A stretch of DNA of 40,262 nucleotides from a virus (Duplodnaviria > Heunggongvirae > Uroviricota > Caudoviricetes). The stretch lies in the IMG/VR virus record IMGVR_UViG_3300026289_000086; one strand, 5' to 3'. The notes under the pieces were generated by a model. That model made no database searches, was not told the origin of the DNA, and was given only the letters and a program-made list of their open reading frames with translations. The number at the start of each line of letters is the position of its first letter. Position 1 is the first letter of the stretch. Both the position numbers and the translations under genes were made by a program. Below are positions 1-7,500 of the stretch, in pieces.

Positions 1-1
1 G

Positions 2-91
2 GTCGATTGGCTCGATGTGTTCAATCTCGCAGGGAAAGCAGGTTTTCCCACGCTCGGCAGCGTCGACAAGGCGCTCACCCGGGCCGCCTGA
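2..91 (+). CDS. 3' end of a CDS running in from the left edge (…VDWLDVFNLAGKAGFPTLGSVDKALTRAA*)
   Basis: Open frame from base 2 to TGA 89-91, directly followed by the GAGGAGG RBS of the next gene. Confidence 0.4.
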   Translation, partial: VDWLDVFNLAGKAGFPTLGSVDKALTRAA

Positions 92-104
92 CGAGGAGGT
101 GACC

Positions 105-371
105 ATGTACGGCGTCATCGACTTCAGTCGGATCAACACCCGGCCAGGGGGTTTCGGGCCTTTCGCACCGCCAGTCGGATGGCAGGGTGACTACCGGCAA
201 TACCTGCAAACCCGCTTCGATGGGGACATCGGTGTGCGACAACAGATCCTCGTCGTCGGCCGAATCCTCGTTCGTCAACCGGACGGTACACGCGCCAGGT
301 TTCTCGGCCCGCATGCCGTCGAGGCACGGAAATTTGCCCTTTCCGCAGGCTCATCAATCAGCCGCTGCTAA
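105..371 (+). CDS. Hypothetical protein, 88 aa (MYGVIDFSRINTRPGG…)
   Basis: Strong RBS GAGGAGGT at 93-100 before ATG 105, inside ORF 15..371. Confidence 0.55.
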   Translation: MYGVIDFSRINTRPGGFGPFAPPVGWQGDYRQYLQTRFDGDIGVRQQILVVGRILVRQPDGTRARFLGPHAVEARKFALSAGSSISRC

Positions 372-407
372 CGCAGCAGACTTTCCCGGCCTTGGCCGGT
401 TTTTCCA

Positions 408-471
408 TCCCACGGGGAGTGTATCGCTCCCCGACGGGGACGGTGCCTTTCCGTTTTTCACTGGAGGCACC
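408..471 (+). promoter_or_regulatory. Structured leader copy 1 (radC-RNA-motif-like double hairpin; second stem occludes the SD)
   Basis: CGGGGAG 413-419 / CTCCCCG 427-433; GGTGCCT 442-448 / AGGCACC 465-471 overlapping SD GGAGG 463-467; ATG at 472. Confidence 0.65.
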
Positions 472-1278
472 ATGTACGACAAATTCGCACCCCTTTTCGA
501 ACAGGCCCTCACCGAGCCCGGGATTGTCAGTCAGGCTTTCCGCCGGTTTCACCGCTTCAGCGTCGGCAACCAGATCCTGGCGGCCGTCCAGCTCCGTCAA
601 AAGTGTCTGCCCCTGTCGCCCATCGCGAGCTTCAGTCGCTGGAAAGCCCTGGGTCGGTCCGTCTGCAAGGGACAGAAAGCGCTCTCGCTGTGGATGCCGA
701 TCACCGTCAAACGTCGGAACCAGCAGGCGGTTTCTGACGATCCCGGCGATTCCGGCAGCAGCGAAGAGGTATTTACGCGCTTCAAACTCGCGCCGCGCTG
801 GTTCAGCCTGGAGCAGACCGAAGGTGAGGCCTACGCCGAGCCTGTCGAATCGCCCCATTGGGATGCCGAAGCGGCTTTGGCCGCGCTGGACATCACGCAG
901 GAGCACTTCGATTACCTGGACGGCAATGTCGAGGGCTATGCGGTTCAGCGCCGCATCGCGGTCAGTCAGTTGGCCGAGCATCCCCACTCGACGCGTTTTC
1001 ACGAGATGGCTCACGTCGTTCTCGGGCACACCCTGGAAGGCGACTGCCATGACGCCCCGTCGACGCCAAGAAGTGTTCGCGAAGCCGAGGCCGAAGGCGT
1101 GGCCTTTCTCCTGTGCTCGATCCTCGAGTTGCCAGGCCGGGATGAGTCGCGAGGTTATATCCAGTCGTGGCTCAAAAACGGTCAGCTCCCGGAAAGGTCG
1201 GCACAGCGGATCTTCAGCGCCAGCCAGAAAATTCTCGAAGCCGGCAGACCCGTTAGCCAGCCAACCGTAACGCATTAA
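472..1278 (+). CDS. ardC: ArdC-like antirestriction protein (N-terminal ssDNA-binding domain + HExxH zincin metallopeptidase domain), 268 aa
   Basis: N-terminal FSVGNQIL…SFSRWKALGRSVCKGQKAL pattern; RFHEMAHVVLGH; EAEAEGVAFLLC; GGAGG RBS supports start 472 rather than 187. Confidence 0.78.
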   Translation: MYDKFAPLFEQALTEPGIVSQAFRRFHRFSVGNQILAAVQLRQKCLPLSPIASFSRWKALGRSVCKGQKALSLWMPITVKRRNQQAVSDDPGDSGSSEEVFTRFKLAPRWFSLEQTEGEAYAEPVESPHWDAEAALAALDITQEHFDYLDGNVEGYAVQRRIAVSQLAEHPHSTRFHEMAHVVLGHTLEGDCHDAPSTPRSVREAEAEGVAFLLCSILELPGRDESRGYIQSWLKNGQLPERSAQRIFSASQKILEAGRPVSQPTVTH

Positions 1279-1293
1279 GCCGCAATCTTTGAA

Positions 1294-1358
1294 CCCCGCG
1301 GGGCGCGCATCGTCCCGCAAGGGGAGGGTGCCGCCCCGTTTTTCTATTGGAGGCACCC
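1294..1358 (+). promoter_or_regulatory. Structured leader copy 2 (same double-hairpin architecture as 408-471)
   Basis: GCGGGGCG 1298-1305 / CGTCCCGC 1311-1318; GGGTGCC 1326-1332 / GGCACCC 1352-1358 overlapping SD GGAGG 1349-1353. Confidence 0.65.
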
Positions 1359-1361
1359 CAG

Positions 1362-1961
1362 ATGATCCATTCAAGCAACCGCGAACTCCTTTCGATCGTG
1401 CTCGGCGACGAGGCAGCATTGCTCGCCACCCGCTCGCTGGCCGAGCTTTTCGGGCTGCGCGCGCCTCGGCAGACCACTACCCTTGGCACGGCACAGGAGC
1501 TTCTTCCGTATGCCGCGCCCGACCGACTGATGGCGGCCCGGGAACTCCTTCGGCGCGCCCTGGCGGAAGAGCTTGCAGAATCGGCGGTCAGCCTGACTTC
1601 ACCAACGGCGGTTCGCGATTACCTGCGTCTGTTTCTCGGCGGGCAGGAGTACGAGAGTTTCGTCGCGCTGTGGCTCGATGGGCAGAACCGGCTGATCGCC
1701 GGGATCGAGCTCTTTCGCGGGACGGTGACCCAGACGTCGGTCTATCCCAGGGAAGTCGTCAAGGCCGGCCTGAGACTGAATGCCAGTGCCGTCATCCTGG
1801 CGCACAACCATCCCTCGGGGCATCCCGAGCCGTCACGCGCCGACGAACTGCTGACCAGGGAGCTCAAAAACGCCTTGGCGCTCGTCGACATTCGCGTGCT
1901 CGACCACTTCATCGTGGCCGATACCGCAGTCATGTCCTTCGCAGAGCGGGGGCTGATCTGA
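1362..1961 (+). CDS. radC: RadC-like JAB/MPN domain protein
   Basis: ESFVALWLD…[17 protein letters not shown]…AHNHPSG…PSRAD…VLDHFIV (JAMM motif); ATG 1362 after GGAGG. Confidence 0.92.
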   Translation: MIHSSNRELLSIVLGDEAALLATRSLAELFGLRAPRQTTTLGTAQELLPYAAPDRLMAARELLRRALAEELAESAVSLTSPTAVRDYLRLFLGGQEYESFVALWLDGQNRLIAGIELFRGTVTQTSVYPREVVKAGLRLNASAVILAHNHPSGHPEPSRADELLTRELKNALALVDIRVLDHFIVADTAVMSFAERGLI

Positions 1962-1998
1962 CAAAAAATACCCGCCACCTCGGCGGGTATTTTTTTGT
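1961..1998. terminator. Bidirectional intrinsic terminator between radC and the convergent repressor gene
   Basis: ACAAAAAATACCCGCC-ACCTC-GGCGGGTATTTTTTTGT: long inverted repeat with A-tract before and T-tract after. Confidence 0.85.
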
Positions 1999-2067
1999 CT
2001 GCAGCAGATCGGCGATGAACGGTCGAATGTAATTGCTAATTACACAACTACTCGACGAACGTAATGA

Positions 2068-2712
2068 TCAGCGAAGCCGACCGGAGAAGACCACCGTGCC
2101 GCGAACAACGGCGTCGTCTGGCAGACGCATGATCGGTGTCGGCCAGTTGGGATTGAGCGTCTGAAGAAAACGGCCTTCCGGCGTGAGCACCAGCCGTCGG
2201 AAGAGAGCGGTTTCGCCATGGAGCACCACGACATCCTTACCGTGCGCCGCGGGAACGCGCGGGTCGACGAAGAGAATCTCGCCTTCGCGGTAGCCATCAT
2301 TTCCATTCATCGCCTCGCCGAGCACCGGGAGGGCGAAAGTCTCGTCGCTGTGCTCAACGGGGCAAGCCAGCCCTGCACCCTGACCGCCGTCTCCCGATGA
2401 GTCGGTGGGCAAGAGATGTTCCCAACTCAGCACCGGCACCACGCCCCTGGCGAGCATGTGGGCTGAGATCGGCTCCCGGCCAGCCAACTGATCCGGCGTG
2501 ACGCCGAGCTCAGCCGCGAGCTTTTCGAGCGTGTCCTGCCGCGGATGCTTGGCCTTCGAGCGCTCCCTGAGAATCCGGTTGATGGCCGGCTGAGAGACAC
2601 CCGAACGATGGGCCAACTCGGTCTGAGTCAGGCGATGTTTGCTCATCAGCGCTTCAAGAATTTCTGCCACCGGGTTTCCGCTGGCGGCTGCTGTGGAGTC
2701 GATCTTCATCAT
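2068..2712 (-). CDS. CI/LexA-like repressor (XRE HTH + S24-like domain) lacking the catalytic Ser/Lys
   Basis: HTH LTQTELAHRSGVSQPAINRIL; C-terminal VLGEAM (canonical GxSM) and ALFRRL (canonical xxKRL); NPNWPTPI tail typical of S24 domains. Confidence 0.88.
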   Translation of the reverse strand: MMKIDSTAAASGNPVAEILEALMSKHRLTQTELAHRSGVSQPAINRILRERSKAKHPRQDTLEKLAAELGVTPDQLAGREPISAHMLARGVVPVLSWEHLLPTDSSGDGGQGAGLACPVEHSDETFALPVLGEAMNGNDGYREGEILFVDPRVPAAHGKDVVVLHGETALFRRLVLTPEGRFLQTLNPNWPTPIMRLPDDAVVRGTVVFSGRLR

Positions 2713-2730
2713 AGATCATCCGATTTGTGG

Positions 2731-2760
2731 TTGTGCTATGCTTTAAGTGTAATATATAAT
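2731..2760 (+). promoter_or_regulatory. Putative sigma70 promoter for the flhD/flhC-like operon
   Basis: TTGTGC 2731-2736, 18-bp spacer, perfect TATAAT 2755-2760 in the AT-rich divergent intergenic region. Confidence 0.55.
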
Positions 2761-2792
2761 GCGTGCATGTGGCAACTTCTTGATTGTCTATC

Positions 2793-3065
2793 ATGGAAAA
2801 GCGCGACGTACTCAAAATCAACAGGCAGTTTCTGTTGCTCACCCGCCAGCTGGCGCGTGAGGGAAGGGCGGCAGAGATCATGACCGGCTTACCCCGCGCC
2901 GTGATCGACAAGGTCGCCTCGCTCGACATGGACGAAATCGACGAGCTGGCGGAAACGGTCCCCGTGTCGCTCTACACCTTTCGATTGACCGACTCGGCGC
3001 TTGAGCGGCTGCTGCAGATGCCCCGGGACGCGAAGAGCACCTACGCCGAAGCGACGCTTCTCTAA
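2793..3065 (+). CDS. FlhD-like transcriptional activator subunit (SetD/AcaD-type)
   Basis: INRQFLLLTRQL…LDMDEIDELAET…FR aligns by eye with the FlhD pattern INLSYLLLAQRL…LPQMVKLAET…FR; directly upstream of the flhC-like gene; alternative TTG start at 2784. Confidence 0.72.
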   Translation: MEKRDVLKINRQFLLLTRQLAREGRAAEIMTGLPRAVIDKVASLDMDEIDELAETVPVSLYTFRLTDSALERLLQMPRDAKSTYAEATLL

Positions 3066-3070
3066 CGGTC

Positions 3071-3562
3071 ATGTCGGCGCTGCTTGCCCTTGATGAGTTG
3101 GAAAATAGCCGAGTGGCCCATGAGCTGATCCGTTTGCGCCTGCGCGTGCCGATCGTTCATTACCTGACGAACATCCATCCGAAGCCGCTGCGCATGCGCT
3201 GGCGGCAGATCCACGGTGAAAGTCCGCACAACGGAAAACTGCCGGACTCTGTCAGACCCTTCATCACCAACCCAATGATGCTGGCCAAGCTCTCCAGTTT
3301 CGTTGCCCTCTACAACCGTCTTGACGAGGGGGATGGCCGGTCGGTCACTGCAGCGATGTTGTTGTCGGCGTGGGAAGTGCATGGTCGTGTCGGCAGCGCT
3401 GGCCTGGACATCAACGCCGCGTGGTACGCGATCAGGGATGTGCGATCGCGGATCGTCGGCTGGGAGCGGTGTGCAAGGTGCCAGGCCATGTACATCTACG
3501 AGCCGAACGTGTCGCATGCGCGATCGTGCCCGTTTTGTCGGCTGGCGAGGACGCGATGCTGA
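3071..3562 (+). CDS. FlhC-like transcriptional activator subunit (SetC/AcaC-type) with C-terminal Zn ribbon
   Basis: AHELIRLRLR…HGESPHNGKLPDS…INAAWYAIR…CARC…CPFC matches the FlhC layout (ELITLGAR…GMLPFS…RAWTLVR…CNCC…CSLC). Confidence 0.85.
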   Translation: MSALLALDELENSRVAHELIRLRLRVPIVHYLTNIHPKPLRMRWRQIHGESPHNGKLPDSVRPFITNPMMLAKLSSFVALYNRLDEGDGRSVTAAMLLSAWEVHGRVGSAGLDINAAWYAIRDVRSRIVGWERCARCQAMYIYEPNVSHARSCPFCRLARTRC

Positions 3563-3840
3563 GGCTTTTCCTCGAAGGGGGAAGGTTCAGCGGGTGAGAG
3601 TGGTGTCGCAGTCGCGCCTGATCGCTGTATTTTGGGTGGAGGCGGCAAGTGTTGTAGTGTCGTCACCAGCCTCGTTGCGGTAGGCAGCGATCGCGTGGGG
3701 AAGCACGGGAATCGTCCTTGGGCGTCACCACGAAATGCATCGGTCGCTTCAGATGGTCATGCCTCAGACGGTGTCAGGGGTGCCGCTGATCGGCAATCAG
3801 GCCGAAGGCGACGTGTGTATCGAGTCATCTCGTCTCGAAA

Positions 3841-3875
3841 CGGTACCAACGGTTCGAATCCCCACTGGCCCGCCA
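3841..3875 (+). other. tRNA 3'-end-like fragment (T-loop + acceptor 3' strand + CCA); candidate att junction, not an intact tRNA
   Basis: CGGTACCAACGG-TTCGAAT-CCCCA-CTGGCCC-G-CCA has the exact length of a tRNA 3' end, but the T-stem is mismatched and there is no complementary 5' acceptor strand upstream. Confidence 0.5.
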
Positions 3876-3880
3876 GGAAA

Positions 3881-3944
3881 GTCGCAGCAAAGCTCTGCGA
3901 CAAAAACGATCACCCCGCCGGACGCCATGTTCTGCGGGGTTTTT
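3881..3944 (+). terminator. Two hairpins after the tRNA-like fragment; the second is terminator-like
   Basis: GTCGCAG 3881-3887 / CTGCGAC 3895-3901; ACCCCGC 3912-3918 / GCGGGGT 3934-3940 followed by TTTT. Confidence 0.5.
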
Positions 3945-4533
3945 CGTTTATACCTGTTGACCTCGCCACCCCACAAATGTCATTTCTCGGTTCTTACGGG
4001 CCGTTTCTCTCGAAACCTCGTGACTTCGCGATTTTAGTGCAGAACTTTTAAGCCGTTGTTTTTGCTTCAGAAACTGACATAGGCTGACGGGTGGTTTTCG
4101 GGCATGTGCTTTGGGTCAGACAGATACGCCACCGCGAAATTTCTGGTGGTGTAGAGGCGGCCGAGAACTGTTGGCCAGGGCTTAGTTTCCCGCGCAATGA
4201 ATTTTCGGAGGCTCCCTTCTCTCAAGGTGTCGCTCGACTGTCTTGCCTTTGGCTGCTTGACTCACGAGCACTTCCGGTGCCATCGATTCTCGTCCGCGTT
4301 CGGCACCCGGGCGCGTGCTTTCCCTGCTCGCCGGCGCTTTCGTCACGATCGATCTGTTCGGAGGTGGGCAGTATCGATCAAGCCTGATTGTCCTGGCTTC
4401 CCGGGCGTAATGCTGACGCCGCCGCCGTACTCGACGCGCTAGCCTATGTCCCGTAACCGGCCAATGTGTCCTATGGACATTCGACGCAGACCCATCGCGA
4501 GAGTCTGAATCCATGGAAAGTGCGGAACCTACC

Positions 4534-7500
4534 TCAAGACGGTGCCGTACAGTCGATAGGGAGTACCTCAAGCCCCAAGATCTGCGAATCGTTTGCAAGC
4601 ACGTTGCGTGCCTGTTCTCTGAGGTAATCAACAAGCTCTCCAAACGGTCGGTTGCCCTTGCGCCTCGGAATTTGCCAACGCTTCGAGTCAAGCCGAAAGA
4701 TGACCAGAATTCCGTGCTGACTGTTCCTGCCTCGCAGATACTGCTCCAGGAGTTGTCTTCCCAAAGTGTCTTCGGCCAGGCTCTGAGCCGAATAGCTTCT
4801 TCTGTTTTTGTCGAGGGGTTTGATCTCGATGCAGACCTTGCCAACCTTACTGGAGACCTCAATGTCGGTGCGCTTGTCGGCGTCGACAGTCGGTTCGCGC
4901 GTGACCACGAAGCGGGCCGTGAAGCTTCGACGCGGCGTATCTTCCAGGCGAGCCGCAAGCCAAAGCTGAAGTTGCTTCTCAACGACCCCTGCAGGGAACA
5001 AGCCGCGCTCGCTGAACGGTCCCTTCTCGATGCCATCGGCGATCTCTACCAGCCGCGCCATGACCTGCAGGAACAACTCTCCTTCCGTACGTGCTTCGCG
5101 AATGTAGGGTTCGCCTATTGACGGTAGTGCGGCCGCCGAGATCCGCGTGGCGTCCTCGGCTTCCCGTGCGGCTTGCTGGTAAGCCTGTGATCTTATCCGC
5201 GCGGCATGCATAGGCTCACCACAACCCTTGGCAAGGCTCATCAGCGCCTCGTATGCGCGCGGGCCTCCGCAAGTCGATAGCATATCTGGGATCCGATTCC
5301 ACAGCTCTAGCACCTTTCTCCTAGGTGACAGTCTGTCGGCATCCGGCTGAGCGGTCGTGCGCTTCTCTAGATCACGAAGGTACTCGTCGGCCAGTCCGAA
5401 CAATGCGGCAAGCGCTGAGGCTTTTCTCTCGTCTCCCGCCTGCTGGTTCCAAAATTGGCTGTTTCCGTCCAACACGGCCGAAACTTGTTCAACGAGTTCG
5501 TCCTTAGCAAAACGCCCTTTGTCGCGATGCTCCATCAACCCATTCCACGCACCGGCGAAATCTATGCTCGCCCAGTCGCGGAACCAGCCGGCTTCGAAGC
5601 GTTGGGGCGAAGCTGTGAAACCTACCTCAAGCGCGTTTGCTGCAACTTCCCCCATGAAATCGCGTCCAGTAGGAAGGGCATCAGCAATCGCCAATACCAA
5701 CGTTCGTCGTCGTTCTTCATTTGGAATCGCTCCCTCGCGAATAGCCTTGACGACCCTCGGTAGTATTGCCTCTTGGAGAGACACAGGTCCAGCCAAAACC
5801 ATGTTGATGACTCGTCGAACCGGAGCCTCGGTGCTCAGCGCGAGCTCGAAATCGAACCACGGCGCCAGTGCGCTGCAGACTTGATCCAGACGATTCTGCG
5901 CGAGCTCTGTGAACCAGGGCTCGAGGCTACGAGGCTCCCACACGCAGAAGCGAACGACTCTGGCGAGTTCCTCTTTCGTCAACTCCGTGGTGCGCAGCCC
6001 GGTTCGGAAGGCGTGATTCGCACTGGCCAGTCCGACGATTCCCAACCATGGCACGCTGTTGTCCAGGTATGCCGTCGAATCCGGCACATCGATGTGCCTC
6101 CAGGCTTGGGCAAGCCCCTCGTCGAAAGCGGTCCCAATCTCAGGCCCGAATTCACGATGGATCGCGTTTACGCTCACCTTCGTGTACCGGTTTGTTTGGT
6201 CGCTCGCGACTGCATGACGAACGAGCCATACGATCAGGTTGTAATCAGAGCCATCCTGAATTCCAGAGATCTTCTTCAACAAGGCAGCCTTGTTGCTTTC
6301 GCTTTCGCTCACCTCGCGTGCCGACGTCACTCTCTCTTGCGCCAAGTTCTGATGTGTCCAGCCTCGCCGAGTGCGCACCACCTGTACCCGTTCCAACCTT
6401 GCCCGATGGTTCTCATTGCGCCGCAGCTCTGTGTCCGGGCCGCTGGCCAGTTCGTTTAGCACCTTGTTTCTGGCCCTTCCTCGGAGAAACATCAAGGCGA
6501 TATCCGCGGCAATGCGATACCAAATATTGCGCTCCGTATGGTCGGCACTCGCTTCATTTGCTGCCTTTACAAGCCAATCCAGATCCGCCTGATCCAGGCG
6601 AACCAGCCCCGATGTCCCAGTTATTAGTATCGAGATTCCCCGTGGCATCTCCGAGAGGGCGATCCCAAGCGCGACTTCCTGGCGAAGCTCCGGAAACCTA
6701 GCAACCGCGGCGCGAAGGTCTTGGAAGTCCTGCTCATTGGCATACGGCGTGTGTCTGAGCTTCTCCGTGGCAAGGGCCGCGCACTTCATTAGCGCGATGC
6801 TGTCCGTGTCACACGATGGCGATAGGTTGAGGCACTTGAGAAGCACGTCCGGCAAGACCGACAGCATCCATCCATCGCGGTTGTCCTCGGTCTCGGATCG
6901 ACATGCAAGAGCATGCGCGTCAAGCTCAGGCAGGCGTGTAAGAACGGCTGCGAGCAGCAACGTCGCCTCTTGCAGGGTTGCTTTTGGCAGGAGGTCTGAC
7001 GTTACCATCGATGCCATGGCACCGCCGCCGTAGCGATTCTCCGAGCGGGTCTGCGCAAGAGTATTTAGCAGGTGATCGGAAGTGAAATGCGCTAGACCGA
7101 CGGCCCGGATTCCTGCTGCGATCCTTTCATTCCCGGCCAGCCGACCAGCAAGCAGGTCTTCGGTAATCTCTGCGCGATGGTCAGAGGTCGCGATTGTTGA
7201 CAAGGTATCAAGCGAAGGCCCCAACAGCTGTGCAACGTTCTGTCTGTCTCGGTACATCGCAAAAACTTGATCTGCGCAAACCGTCACTCGACCATGTTTA
7301 ATCACGGTCAGCAGCTTGACCAGCACCTCCAGATCTCCTCGATACGCTTCTATCCAGGTCGAAAGCTGCGCAGGCGGAATCGTTTTGGCAACCCGGCGAA
7401 ACTCTGACGGATCATTATTCCAATCGGCTCGGAAACCTGACTTCACGCGATCCAGATACCCTGCAAAAGCCCCCACGACGTCGTCGACGCTCCATTGCTG

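Larger units (their letters stand above)
1..3562. mobile_element. Terminal regulatory/leading-region segment of an ICE-like (SXT/R391- or IncC-like regulatory logic) element; continues left of the window
   Basis: ardC-like + radC/JAB genes next to a CI-like repressor divergent from an flhD/flhC-like pair, with no flagellar genes nearby. No tra or integrase genes are visible in the window, so the ICE call is an inference. Confidence 0.6.

Noticed and set aside
187-471. N-terminal extension of the ArdC-like ORF
   Set aside because: Overlaps the 105..371 gene and the structured leader; the GGAGG-ATG at 472 marks the real start
2793-3562. Chromosomal flagellar master regulator flhDC
   Set aside because: Divergent sequence, no mot/che/flagellar neighbours, and flanked by mobile-element genes; the SetDC/AcaDC-type interpretation fits better, so no gene symbol is given
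3786-3875. Intact tRNA-Ser gene
   Set aside because: No 5' acceptor strand complementary to CTGGCCC, no D-arm, and a T-stem with 3 of 5 mismatches; kept only as a tRNA-like fragment
3632-4387. ORFs 3632..4051, 3735..4037 and 4091..4387
   Set aside because: No RBS or recognisable motifs; they run through hairpins and the att-like junction, so they are likely non-coding
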